Notes under the pieces: generated by a model
What the model was told of the DNA's origin: nothing
The model's database searches: none
The model's input: only the letters and a program-made list of their open reading frames with translations
Shown here: one piece after another, positions 25,956 through 42,046 of the stretch
Position numbering within the stretch: the first letter of the stretch is position 1
Layout: the number at the start of each line of letters is the position of its first letter
Source of the DNA: Dictyostelium discoideum
Lineage: Eukaryota
Length of the DNA stretch: 64,000 nt
NCBI GenBank assembly: GCA_000004695.1
Contig: CM000155.2
Location: 1,024,001 to 1,088,000 of the forward strand
Reading direction: 5' to 3'
Made by a program: the position numbers and the translations under genes

Positions 25956-26190
25956 CCAATGTAATTAAAACTCTTGTTGAAAATGGACATCCATAACTAT
26001 GATAAATATGGTATCTATTATTTTCTGGTTTAAAAACTGGATGGTTATTTGAAATAATTTCCCTTAATGAACTTTTTTTATAATTTCCTTGTTTGTCAAT
26101 GTATTTTGAATTTAAATCATTTGTGGATGCCATTGTAAATTCAATTAAAATAATAAAAACAAAAAAAACAAAGAAATAATTAAATTTCAT
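25058..26190 (-). CDS. Glutathione S-transferase, Xi/omega-like (ECM4 / glutathionyl-hydroquinone reductase type). Exons approx 26190..25955 and 25859..25058, about 345 aa. Hydrophobic N-terminus.
   Basis: YHIYHSYGCPFSTRVLITLELKGL (active-site Cys-Pro motif in thioredoxin-like N-domain). Long C-terminal alpha domain. Intron GTAAAAAA..AATAG (95 nt). N-terminal MKFNYFFVFFVFIILIEF. Confidence 0.7.
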
Positions 26191-27055
26191 TTTTTTTTAT
26201 TTTTTTTTATTTTTTTATTATTTTTTTTTAATTGTTTTATTAACTTAACCCCAATTTTGGAATTTTTTTTTTTTTTTTTTTGTAATTTGTATTGTTGTAG
26301 GAGTTTTAAGCAAAAATTAATTTAATTAATAAAAAAATTTTAAAAAATAATATCATTAATTCTCCACTAAATAAAATAAAAATCTATTATGGAAGTTGTT
26401 ATATCTTGAAAAAAATTTAATATTTGAAATAGAAAAATAAATTAAATTAAAGAATTTTTTTTTTAAATATATTTTTTTAAATATATTAATTTTTTTTCTT
26501 TTTTTAATTTTAATTTAATTTTAATTTTATTTTAATTAATTAAAATATGAGTTGGATTTTAAATTGTATTTGTAAATAATTGGTAAAATTTCTATTGTTA
26601 TTTATTTTATTTGCTTTTTTTTAAAAAATTTAAATTAATTAATTTTTTTTTGATTTTTTTATTGTTATTATTGTTGAAGTATTAATATTTATTAAAGCAT
26701 TACTAATGCCATAGTACATAGATAGATTTATAATCTCTCCAATCTCTGACACTGGAACCAAATAATTGGCATTATCCAAATGTTGTAAATTAATTGATTA
26801 TTATTATTATTAGAATTATTTGAAAATACATAAAATTAAAATGATGATTTGAGCCATTTTCAAAAAAAATAATTGGCTCTATTTATACCAAAATAATAAT
26901 AAACAGATAAAAAGGGTTTTTTAAATAAAATTTTTTTTTTTTTATTATTATTTTTTTTTTTTCCCTTTTTTTGCATTTTCAATTTCATTTTTTTTTTTTT
27001 ATTTTTTTATTTATTTTTTTTTATTTTGTTTGTTTTAATAATAATATTAACACAA

Positions 27056-28655
27056 ATGAACAGATATAAAATTCAATGGTTATTTATAATAGTATTAATA
27101 TTAATAATTATAAGTGACACTTGTTTTAGCATAGAGAATAATAATAATAATTATAATGCTATTAATGACGATAATGATAGTTTTAAAGATGGTGGATTTA
27201 CAAGTTGTGGAGGATATATAAAGAATAATTTCAAGTATACTCAAAATAATTTCAATTACAGTAAAATAGTAATGAAATTAATAGATATAAGAACTAAAAA
27301 AGTCGTTGAAACTTCAGAATGTTCACCAATTGATGGTTATTACTTTTTACCAGTTTACGAGAGAGGTTCTTATAAAATTCAATTTGATTCACCATCTGAT
27401 TGGATATTTGGTATGTGTTTCATTCTTTTTCATTTTATTATATTTTTAATTATATATTAACTATTTATATATATATATATATATATATTCAAACTAAATA
27501 ATAAAGATATAAATTCATATAAAATTACGGATTTAAGACAATGTAAAAATAAAGATATAAATTTCGAATTATTAGGATTTAAAGTTGAAGGTTATATAAA
27601 AAGTGATAAATCATGTAAAGTAAATAAAAATAATGATAAAGATACTGATGATGCTCATGATGATGATGGTCCAGCTTTATTTGCAATTAATTCATATAAT
27701 ATAAATTATCAGTCAATAAAATTAGAATTACTATTAAAAAAAAATAAAAAAAAACAAATTAATAAAGAAAAAGAAGAAAAAGAAGAAGAAGAAAAAGAAG
27801 AAGAAATAGTTGATACAGTATTAACAAGTTTAAATGGTTATTATAGATTTGATGGTGTTAAACCAATTTCAAAATCATCTAATCACTATTATATTATTAG
27901 AATATCAAATGATCAAGTAGCACCAATATCATATTGGAGTTTTTTAAAAGATAAAATTGAATTTCAATTTGATTGGGATAATGTAATAATTGATAAACCA
28001 TTAATTATAAATGGTTTCGATGTTTCTGGTACAGTTTTAAATGATAATGAACCATTAGATTCTGTCATATTAACTTTATATTCAAAATCTTTAACTTCAA
28101 TTAAACATTGTAAACCATTAACAAGTAAGTGCACGCATACCATCCCCTTCTCTTACTTTTTTTAAAAATATTAACTTTTTTTTTTTTTTTTTTTTTTTAT
28201 TATTTTAGATACTATTATTAAAGGATTTAGTTCAATTTGTTCAATTGAATCAAATAGTGATGGTAAATTTATATTTAAAAAAATACCATGTGGAAATGAA
28301 TATAAAATCATAGCACAATATAAAAAAGATAATGTGAAATATGATATTGAACCGGAGGAATATATATTCGATGTTGATGGTAGTGGTAGTTTATCATTGG
28401 ATACTGATAAACAAATCATATTTAAATTGAATGGGTTTAGTGTAACTGGTTTGGTTTTAGATGATAGAGGTTTACCATTCACTCAAGAGATTGTAAACAT
28501 TTATGTAAATGGTCAAATTAAATCTCAAACTCATAAATCTGATGGTTTATATATTTTAGATTCAATAAAACCTGGTACTTATAAAATTGAAGCAAAATTA
28601 AATAATTATAAATTTAATTTACCATCATTAGGTGGTAATAATAATAATAAAAATG

Positions 28656-28709
<54 letters not shown>

Positions 28710-29406
28710 TTTTAATTGAACCACCAAATAATTTAATTATACCAAATATTACATTAAAATCATATCAAATAACTGGTAAATTAAAATTAAGTCAAAAAAT
28801 TGAACTAAATTTAATTCCTTCACTTGGTCTTTATAATCGTAATGATAATTTAGAGAATGGTAATCAAGCAAAATTTATTTATGAAGAAATTGAAGTTTTA
28901 CTAATTGAAAAAATTAAAATTCAATCAACATTTGATTTTAATAATGATATCAATATGAATTTAAATCAAGAGAATGATGAATCATTTGAATATATTCAAG
29001 TTTCAACTTGTAAATTAAATAAACAAGGTTCATTTGAATTTGATGTTATTAAATCTGCAAATTATATTGTTAAAATTAAAGATAGTACTAAAAATCAATT
29101 AATAAACAATAATATTCAATTGGAAAGAGATGAATTTCACGTAACTTTAAATCATAAATCAATTGGTGGTTTAGAATTTAGACAAATCACTACCCAAATT
29201 AATGGTAAAATTAAACCAATAACAAAATCAAATGATATTAGAATACCTTCTGGTTTATTAGTTGAATTAATTAAATTAATTGAAGTTGATTCACCACTAA
29301 ATCCAGATCAACAACAACAACAACAACAACAAGCATAACAATGAAAATCAAGATAATAATCCTAATCATAATAATAATAATAATAATAATAATAGTAATA
29401 ATAATG

Positions 29407-29449
<43 letters not shown>

Positions 29450-32184
29450 AATTAAAAGAATAATTAAAATTGAATCAACAGAACAATCTATATTTATTCA
29501 GCCATATGTTAATAATCAAGGTGAAGCTATATTTACATTTGATGATTTATTAATTGGTTATTATAGATTAAGAATTGATTACGATGATTGGTATTGGGAA
29601 GAGAAAGAAATTGAATTATTTGATATACCACCACCATTATAATTAATCTTTGATAATGATAATGATAGTGAAACAAAAAGAAATGAAAAAATTCAATCAC
29701 TATTGGAATCTGTTAATATCGTTGAATTCAAACAAACTGGTTTTAAATACATAATTGAATCAAAAAATATTGAACAAGAAGATTCAGTTATAATATCACA
29801 TAGATTAAATGGTGAAATTATTGATAATGTACAATTAAAGAAATTAATTTCACCAGAACAACAACAACAACAACAAGATGATGATAATAATAATAATAAT
29901 AATGAAGAAAATAATAATAATAAAAAGATAACAACAGCAACATTAAATAATTTTATTTTAAAAGAAGGTGGATCACATGAATTTATAGTTAAATCATGTT
30001 TTCAATTTCCAAATGGTGAATCATATACTTTTGATACGAATAATGATTCAAATAAACCAAGTTGGTTAGTAAGTAATAAGATTAAATTAGAGATTGAAAA
30101 ATATTTAATTGAAGGATCAATTGATTTAACAATGCTAATCAATCAATTTCCATCATTAAAAAGACAACAATCAAATCAACAAGGTGGTTTAACAATTAGA
30201 ATTAAATTAATTAATCCAAAAACTAATCAATTACTTGATCAATTAGATACTTCAATCTCTGATTCTTCAATGATTTATCAATTTAATTTCATGTCTTCCT
30301 TAAATGATGACCAAATTCAATTAATACCAATTATCAATTTTAATAATTTTATTAATGATAATGGTAATGGTGATGATTTAATAATAATAACTAAAGATGA
30401 TATTTTATTTTATCCATCTTCAAGAGTTTTTAAAATCGATCCAAAAGATAAAGGTAAATGTCAATTACCAATTGAACCATTTATTGGTAAATTTGGTAAA
30501 TTTATAAATGGTAAAATTGATCCACCACCAACTGGTGGAATGGTAAAGGTTATTGCTACTGCACAATCTTTAAATGATGTTGGTTCAATTAAGAGTGCTG
30601 AAATCTCTACAATTTCAAATGAAAATGGTGAATATAGAATTGGACCACTTTATGAAAATGTTAAATATGAATTTTATCCAATTAAAGAAGGTTTTCATTT
30701 TAAACAAATTTTTCATAATAATAATAATAATGGTGAAACATCATCATCGTCGTTTATTAATTTTAAATCAATTAAACATGGTTCAATTAAAGTTTTCATT
30801 AAAGATAGTAAAACAAATTTACCTGTTCCTGATGTTTTATTATCATTAAGTGGTGCTATTAATTCTCCAATTTTAAATAATAATGGTCAACAACAACAAC
30901 AACAACAACAACAACATGACGATGATGGTAAAAATCAAGAAATTCCACCATATCGTAAAAATGTTCAATTATCAGATAATGGTTCAATTATATTTGATTC
31001 ATTATATCCAAATAGATATTACTTAAGATCTGTATTAAGAGAATATTCAATTACACCAAGCTCACAAATTGTTCAAGTTTTGGAGGGTAAAGAAGAATTG
31101 ATTGAATTGGTTGCAACTAAAGTATTGTTTTCAGCAAGTGGTAATGTTTGTTCATTAAATAATGTTCCATTTTCAAATATTTATGTATTTTCATACAAAG
31201 TTATAGAATTAAAAGATTTTGATGGTAATTTAATTTCAACATCATTGGAATTATTTAAAGAATGTAAAACTGATGAAAATGGTAATTTTAAATTAAAAGA
31301 TTTTACAATTTCTTCAAAATATAAAATTAAAATTTCAACTGATAATAATGATACTAATAATAATGAAAAAAGTGCACCAATAATTTATGATATTAAATAA
31401 AAATGAAAATGATATTAAAGACTTAAATTTCATTTTAATAGTTCAACCAACAACACCATCAATTAATACTTTTCAATTGGTTGGTAATATTGTAATGAAT
31501 GGTAATTTAAATAATTATAAAAGACAAAATCAATTTATGCATTCATCAATTAATAATAATAATAATCATTATTATTATTATTATTATAAACAAAATATCA
31601 ATAATAGTAATAATAATAATAATATATTACCAAAAGGATTAAAAGTACATATTTATACAAAAAGTAGAAGTGGTAATCAATTACTATTGGTAAAATCATT
31701 AGATATATCAATGTTTAATATGTTTACAAGTTTATTAGATAAAACTAAACTATCATCAAAACCATATTTAATTAGAATTGAAAAAGAATCAACTAGATCA
31801 ACGAATAATAACAATATTAATAATAATAATAACTTATACCAAATTGAACCAAAAGAAATTGAAATTCCAATGGAATGCTCAAATTTTAAAGAACAATGTA
31901 ATGTCACTTTTCAATTTAATTTTAAGACATCCAGCAGTGGTTTACTTGATGACAATAATGGTGGTGGTGATGATGATCATCAATTCGATTTAGTATCAAT
32001 ATCCTACTCAAGTTTAATCATTGGTTTGGTTGTTGTATTGTTAATATTCTATCCAAACCAAATCCATTCATTAGTTACACTAAAGTTTTTAAATACTAAA
32101 AAAATTAAATCAAAATTTTCATCTTCTTCATCATCATCATCTTCATCCTCCTCCAATAAATTGAAATTAAAGAAAAAGAAATAA
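27056..32184 (+). CDS. NOMO (nodal modulator/pM5)-like protein with repeated carboxypeptidase-regulatory-like beta-sandwich domains, signal peptide and C-terminal TM anchor. Clean exons 27056..27410, 27507..28124, 28209..29338. Downstream coding continues in ORFs 29339..29639, 29643..31397 and 31387..32184 with frame breaks.
   Basis: Signal peptide MNRYKIQWLFIIVLILIIISDTCFS. Repeated G.Y.I....Y.F domain ends (GTYKIEAKLNNYKFN, GYYRLRIDYDDWYWEE, NRYYLRSVLREYSI, GNFKLKDFTISSKYKIKIS). C-terminal TM LIIGLVVVLLIFY then a short tail. Canonical GTATGT/GTAAGT..AG introns for exons 1-3. Confidence 0.7.
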
Positions 32185-32382
32185 ACTTGATTGTAAAATT
32201 TACTCTTTTATTTATTTATTTATTTAAATAAATCCTTTATTTTTTTATTTTTGTTTTAATAAAGTTTTTTTCTAATTAGACAAGAAAAGAAGAATGAATT
32301 GAAATAATAAATAAATAAATAAATAAAATAAATAAATTTCAAATTATTTCTTTTATTTTGTTTTTTTTTTTTTTTTTTCTTC

Positions 32383-33383
32383 TTAAATGATTGTATCTAA
32401 CCAATCTTCTAAATTATCACTTGTAACATTTCCATTATCAATTGGTGCTTTATCTGCTGTATCTTTTACTATTGGTGATAATGTAATCTCTTCGTTATCT
32501 TTATTAATGATGGTATTGGTTTGAGTATTTGAAATTGTTTTTTGTTGTTTAATTTGTTCATGTTGTGGTTGTGGTTGTTGTTGTTGTTGTTGTTTATTTA
32601 CAGATTCTGCTGATACTAAATGTTTATTTGATTTTCTTTTTAAATGTACAATATTACTTGGGTTTGGTAATTTAACTCCACTCTTTTTTTTAAATAGATA
32701 ATAAATAAAAAAAAATTGTTATTAGTTATATTTTTTTTTTTTTTCTTTTTTTTTATACTATAATTTTATAGTTAAAGACTTACAAGATAATGATCATCTA
32801 TATTTAATCTTTTAGATAAAGTGAATGATGATAATAATTTTTCAATTTCTAAAGTGTTTATTGTGTTATCGTTATTGGTTGTTTTTGTTTTATTATTATT
32901 ATTATTATTATTATAATTATCATTATCAGCATCAGCATCATTAAATAACATTAAATTATCAAATTTAGGTATGAAATCAACCTTTGAGTCAATTAAAGAT
33001 TGCATATTTAAGAGTGAACCTTGATTATAATATTTTTCATCTAATTTCACTAATTTACTATGATCATTTTGTAATAAGACCCTTTTGCTATATTTAGATC
33101 TTGAATGATTGAATTTAATTTCTCCATTATCACTATCATTATCATCATTATCGTCATTATCTTTATCATTGTTTTCTTCACTGTTATTATTACTATTATT
33201 TAAAGTATTTTTTGGACGATAATTTGGATCTTGTTCTCTCTTTGCAAACTCTTCTCTTTCTTTTTTCTTTTGTTCATACTCTTGTTTTTTATATTTCCCT
33301 CTTGATGTATTTTTATCTACTGTTTTTCCACCTCTATGTTTATTTCTTGCTAATAATTTATGATTTATTGGTTCATCGGACAT
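32383..33383 (-). CDS. Hypothetical basic/acidic low-complexity protein, about 299 aa. Exons approx 33383..32784 (donor GTAAGT) and 32682..32383.
   Basis: ORF MSDEPINHKLLARNKHRGGKTVDKNTSRGKYKKQEYEQKKKEREEFAKREQDPNYRPK... joined in phase 0 to SGVKLPNPSNIVHLKRKSNKHLVSAESVNKQQQQQQPQPQHEQIKQQ...DNLEDWLDTII*. No family recognised. Confidence 0.5.
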
Positions 33384-33868
33384 CTTATGTTTGTTATTTA
33401 AAACAAAAAAAAAAAAAAAATTAAAAATAAAAAAAAAAAATTTCAAAAAAAAAAAAAAAAATCTTAAAAAATAAAATAAATAATTAAAATAATAATAAAA
33501 AAAAAATATTTAAATTTGGAAAATAAGTGAAATCATTTTCTTTTCAAAGTACCCCTTTTTTTTATAACCAATAAGTAGAATTAAAAAAAAATAAATTCAA
33601 TTTTTAAAAAAAGTTGGTTTGGATGAAGTTCAAATTTTTAAAAATATCATCAAATTATTTTATTACCAAAAAAGTAATAATTCAATAAAACACATGAATT
33701 ATTATTTTTAAAATAAAAATAAAAAAAAAAGGAAAAAACATTATTTAGGTTCGATATAATTTAATTCAGAAAAAAAAAAAAAAAAAAAACCAGTTTTATT
33801 AAATTTAGAAATGAAATACAACAATTTTTATTTTTTTATTTTTTTTTTTTTTTAAAAAATTAATTTTC

Positions 33869-33903
<35 letters not shown>

Positions 33904-34458
33904 AAAAAATAAAAAAAAAAATAAAATTCCTCCGCCCTTTTTTTTTTTTTTTTAAGGAAAATTCATGGACCAAAAAAAAAAATATTTATCTTATCAGTTA
34001 ATTTTTAATTAATTTCAAGTAGTTAATTTAAATTTCTGAATAAATTTATTGTTTGTAAGATCTCCTAAATTGGACCTTATTTTATTTTTTTTAGAAAAAA
34101 ATAAAAAATAATAATTAAATATAAAAATAAAAATAAAAAATTAAAAAAATCTTAAAACATAATAAAAAAAATCTTAAAACACAATAAAAAAAAAAATTAA
34201 AAAAAAAAAAAAAAAAAACATATTTATTTAATTCTTCTTTTGCATATCACCTAACCAATAATTTATAAATTATAATATATATATATATATGATAGTTTAG
34301 GTTTATTATTATTATTGTCATTTAGAATTATTTTGGATAAATACAAAAACAACAAAAATAAACAATATCAATTTTTGTAAAGAAGTAAAATAACAAAAGA
34401 AAACACAAAAAAACACACATAAAAAAAAAAACACATAAAACACAATATATAGATAAAA

Positions 34459-35755
<1,297 letters not shown>

Positions 35756-35971
35756 ATTATTAAATTATTATTATTATTTTTAATATTATTTTAAAGTGTA
35801 AAAAAAAAAAAAAAAACTAAAAACTAAAAACTAAAAACTAAAAAACAAAAATAGATTTAGAGATATTTTATTTTTATTTTTATTTTTATTTTAGTTTAAT
35901 ATTACACTGGATAAAAAGGATTAGGTTTGATTATTATTATTTATTTATTTATTTATTTCTATATATATTTT

Positions 35972-37543
<1,572 letters not shown>

Positions 37544-38123
37544 TATATATTAACTCTTATTTATCTATCTAAAAATAAAATTAAAAAAAAAAAAAAAAAA
37601 AAATTAAAAAATAAAAATAAAAATAAATTAAAAAAAACAAATTCAAAAAAAAAAAAAAAAAAAAAAACTTTAAAAAAAAAATAATTTGGTATTTACAAAT
37701 TAGTTTTTTATTTTGGGTAAAAAATTTTTTTTATTATAAAATTGATTTTAAAAATCAAATATTAATATGAGATTGGTCCAGGGGTTTTTTTTTTTTTTTT
37801 TTTTTTTAAAAAATAAATGGGCCAATATTTCCTAATATTTATTTTGTTAAAAAATTAAATCTTTTACTATTATTTTTTTTTAAAATTTTAATTAACAAAT
37901 TAATTTCCGATTATTTTTTTTTTTTTTTTACAAATTAGAATCTACTTTTTTTTTTTTTTAAACATTTTTGTATTATATTTCCTTGAAAAATAAAAAAAAA
38001 TAAAAAAAAATAAAAATTAAAAAATGAAATAAATTTAAATTATTTTTTTCGTAAAAAAAAAAAAAAAAAAAAAAAAACCAGTTTTGTTTGGAAAAAAAAA
38101 AAAAATAGAAATAAAAAAAAAAA

Positions 38124-38925
38124 ATGAGTGATATTATTTCAATTGAAAAAATTAATGAAAATGAAATTTCAGTGTTAATTAGACCAATGCATATAAATGA
38201 TATAAATACAATTTATTCAATACAAAAAGAAATATTTCCAGCTGATGATTTATTTGAATCTTATGAAGCATTTGAAAATAAATTTTTAGTTTATCCACAA
38301 GGTTGTTTTTGTGTTGAATTAATTTTAGAGGGTGAAATAATTGATCAAGAAAATATCAATAAATATGAACCATCATCAGATTTAGAAATTAATAAAAAGA
38401 AATTACTAGGTCATTTCTTTTCACATCCATGGACAAAAGGTGAATTTCCACCATTAAATAACGCAAAAGCAATCAATGATGGAGTTGATAAAATCATTGA
38501 TAGATCAATAGGTGAGTTGGTAACAGGTGTAAATAAAGAGAATGTAATGTTATATCTTAATGAAATCGCAGTTAGACCAATGGCAAGAGGTTTCAATTTA
38601 GCACGTTTATTATCAAATAGAGTTTTACATCACCTTTCAAAACAGTCACCATCATTTGACCATATTGGGTTGGTTTCTGTTCAAGGTTCTTTCACAGTTT
38701 GGGCTTCGATCGGTTTCGATATTGATCATAATTTACCACAAAAAAAAAAAGATTATCTTTGTAAAAATTATGGTGAAAAATCTTGTTATATGAAAATGGA
38801 TTATTCAAAGAAAATTAAAAATTTAAAAAATAATCAACTTTATATTTGTCCAAATTTAATTTCAAATAATGTTAATAGTGGTATTTATTATTATGGTAAA
38901 TTATTTAAAGAAGTTAAAAGAGTTT

Positions 38926-38936
<11 letters not shown>
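38124..38936 (+). CDS. Hypothetical 270-aa protein, possibly acetyltransferase (GNAT)-like. Single exon.
   Basis: Clean ATG ORF with good codon usage. Segment NEIAVRPMARGFNLARLL loosely resembles a GNAT motif-A acetyl-CoA site. The functional call is weak. Confidence 0.45.
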
Positions 38937-38962
<26 letters not shown>

Positions 38963-39212
38963 TAAAATTAAACTAATTATATATAAAAATGTATAAAAAA
39001 AAAGAAAATAAAAAAAAAGAAATTTCAAAATGATTCCATTTTTAAACCAAATCAATTTGTTTTATATTAATTTATTTTTTTATTTTTTTTTTTATTTTTT
39101 TTATTTTTTTTATTTTTTTTTTTTAAAATTATCATAGGTCTCCAAATTAAAAATATTTTTTTTTTTTTTTTTTTTTTTTAAAATAATTCACTTCAAACCA
39201 CACTAAAAAAAA

Positions 39213-40401
39213 ATGATTCAAAAAGTTGGAATTATTGGTAGTGGTATAAGTGGTTTATCAAGTTATTATTATTTAAGAAATGGTATAAATTTAACATCAA
39301 AATTTTCAAAAAATAATTTAAAGATTAATATTTTTGAAAAATCAAATAAAGTTGGAGGTAATATTCAAACAAGGATAATTCAAGGTAAAAATAAAGACGA
39401 AAAGATAATTGTTGAAGAAGGACCAAGAAGTTTAAGAGCATTAGGTAGAGGATTAAATACATTAGAGTTTATAAAAAGATTAGGTATTTCAAATGATATA
39501 ATATTTAGTAGTGCAAATAGTAATGGTAAATTTGTACTATTAGATGGTAAACCAAAAGAAATCCCAATGACAAGTTTATTTGACATTATTAAATTCTCAT
39601 TCAAACATTCCATTGTAAGTTCAATACTTAAAGAACCATTTAAAAAAGTACCAAGCCAAGTTAAAGAAATGGATCCGAATTGGGATGAATCTGTACACGA
39701 TTTCTTTTCACGTAGATTAGGTAAAACAATGACAAAAACATTTATAGAACCAACAATACTTGGGATTTATGGTGGTGATTACACAAATCTATCGATTAAA
39801 TCTACTTTTAAAAGAGCAGCATTACTCGAACCTTTTGGTGGTTTAATTTTAGGTTCATTATTTAAATCTAAAAAACAAAAACAATTTGAGTTGGATTTAG
39901 ATAAAAATGAAAAACGTTTACTTCCATCTAAAAACGAATTAACTGAATTGTTTGATAAAGATACCGATAAAACAAATGTTTTCTCATTTAAAGAGAATGG
40001 ATTATCAAGAATGATACAAAAATTAAAATCTTTAATTGAAAGTGATAGTTTAACCAAACTATATTTATCAACAAGTATAGTTGAAATTGAAAAGGATGTA
40101 ACTAATGGTACATTAAAAGTCACTGATAATAAAGGTAATCAATATCAATATGATCAATTAATATCAACAATTCCATTGAATCAATTAGCACCAATGTTTA
40201 AAAAATCAGATTCAAAACTTTATCAACTTTTACAATCAGTTAATTATACTTCAATTGCAGTTATAAACTTAATTTATAAATCAAATAAAAATGTTGTAAA
40301 AATTATTAGTGATAAAGGATTTGGTTATTTAGTTCCATCAAAAGAGAACCAATCTGTAATTGGTGTTTGTTTTGATTCAAATACTTTTCCAGAATTTGTA
40401 A

Positions 40402-40437
<36 letters not shown>

Positions 40438-40811
40438 GTAATGAAAAAGATCAATCAATTATTACTGTTATGATTGGTGGTAATAATGGTATAAAAGATA
40501 GAAATGATAATTGGATTGATGTTACAAATACATCAAAAGATAAACTATTAGATATCGCTTTAAAACATTTAGATAAAGTTTTAGATATAGAATCATCACC
40601 TGATTTTACAAATGTTTCAATTTATGATAATGGTATTCCTCATTATAATATTGGTCACCAAAATTTAATAAATGAAATTCAAAATCATATTACTAAAAAC
40701 TATGGTACAACTTTACTTTTAGGTGGTAATTCAATTGATGGTGTTGGTATTAATGACTCAATTCATAAATCAAAACAATTAATTAATAGTTTAAAATTAT
40801 CAAATAATTAA
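39213..40811 (+). CDS. ppox: Protoporphyrinogen oxidase (PPOX/HemY family), 532 aa, single exon.
   Basis: N-terminal FAD dinucleotide-binding fold VGIIGSGISGLSSYYYL ... KVGGNIQT ... EEGPRSLRA. C-terminal GGNSIDGVGINDSIHKSKQL typical of PPOX/amine-oxidase superfamily. Confidence 0.75.
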
Positions 40812-41048
40812 AATTAAAATTAAATAATAATAAGTTATTATTTATTTAATTTGTGGTGTGTTTGGGAAAAAAATAAAAAATAAAAAAATAAATAAATTAT
40901 AGTAAATTGACCACCCACAAAATAAATTATTTGTTTTATTTTATTTATTTCATACCACACTTTTCTTTTTACAAATAAATATTCAGTTTTTTTTATTTTT
41001 TTATTTTATTTATTTTTATTTATTTTTTATTTATTAAATACATTTAAA

Positions 41049-41082
<34 letters not shown>

Positions 41083-41128
41083 TCATTATTATTTAATTAT
41101 TTAATTATTTAAAATCTAAAGGATAAAA

Positions 41129-41905
41129 ATGGAATTTAAAAAGATTTTAATAGTAACTATAATTTTTATTGAAATTGTTTTTGGTGGTGGAAATCCAATT
41201 TTCTTAGAAAATAAAATTAGTTTGGGAAAGAATCAATTACAAGCTAATTATCCAGTATTTGATATTCCAGCTAATTATGTAACAATTTTTACCTTAAAAA
41301 TTGATGATTCAATTAAAAATTCAGATATTAATATTAATATTGGTTCACAAAAAGAGAATGGTAATGATTTAATTTTATTACAATTTAATGAATTAAATTA
41401 TGTTCAAGGAAATACACCATTCTTAGTTCAACTATGTACAAATTCAGATGAAGAATTATTTAATATAACATGTTTAAATTATGATAATTCTGATTGTAAA
41501 CTATCAATTTCAGTCAATGCATCAAATTCAAAAAGTTTTTGTTCTCAAACTCTTGATACATCCACTTTTGATGAATTTTTAAAAAACTTTTTCGATTTTG
41601 GTTTCCCACAACTTGGTCAATTTTCTAATGAAAATCAACCACAACAACAACCACAACAACAACCACCACCACAACAACAACCACCACAGCAAGGACAAGA
41701 AGAACAGGTACAAGGACAACAACAACAACAACAACAAGAACAATCAAATGGAAACCAACAAAATCAAGATAATAGTGAAGATAATGGTGAATTAAGACCT
41801 CTAATTAAAAGCCAACAACAACAAAATCAACCAAAATTGAAAATATCAAGATTTAATGATGAAACTAGTAATTGGTTTAATAATTTTTTTAAAAATAATT
41901 TTTAA
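41129..41905 (+). CDS. Secreted hypothetical protein with signal peptide and Gln/Pro-rich C-terminal half, 258 aa.
   Basis: MEFKKILIVTIIFIEIVFGG signal-like N-terminus, six Cys in the N-terminal half, QQPQQQPPPQQQ low complexity. Confidence 0.5.
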   Translation: MEFKKILIVTIIFIEIVFGGGNPIFLENKISLGKNQLQANYPVFDIPANYVTIFTLKIDDSIKNSDININIGSQKENGNDLILLQFNELNYVQGNTPFLVQLCTNSDEELFNITCLNYDNSDCKLSISVNASNSKSFCSQTLDTSTFDEFLKNFFDFGFPQLGQFSNENQPQQQPQQQPPPQQQPPQQGQEEQVQGQQQQQQQEQSNGNQQNQDNSEDNGELRPLIKSQQQQNQPKLKISRFNDETSNWFNNFFKNNF

Positions 41906-41922
41906 AAAAATAATAATAATAA

Positions 41923-41957
<35 letters not shown>

Positions 41958-42046
41958 TGAATAGATTAATAAATAAATTAGATTAAATTAATACAAGTGA
42001 CAAAAAAAATTTTATAGTTAATTAAATTTTTTTTTTTTTTTTTTTT

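Noticed and set aside
27026-27055. ORF-track start at 27026 (and other M starts such as 16354, 28334, 29703, 46999, 49027)
   Set aside because: These begin at TTG/GTG, not ATG. True starts or exon boundaries were taken from the ATG (27056) or splice acceptors.
29339-29642. Treating 29339..29642 as an intron of the NOMO-like gene
   Set aside because: No GTAAGT-like donor exists upstream. The segment encodes a domain-end motif (..GEAIFTFDDLLIGYYRLRIDYDDWYWEE..) matching the other repeats, so it is coding. The discontinuity is reported as a finding instead.
31283-31420. Candidate canonical intron GTAATT..AAAG that would repair the third NOMO frame change
   Set aside because: It would delete GNFKLKDFTISSKYKIKIS, which matches the conserved domain-end pattern. 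It is kept only as an alternative hypothesis.
38411-40123. Short minus-strand ORFs 38411..38596, 39380..39613 and 39779..40123
   Set aside because: Antisense to the well-supported plus-strand 270-aa and PPOX ORFs. No splice or start context.
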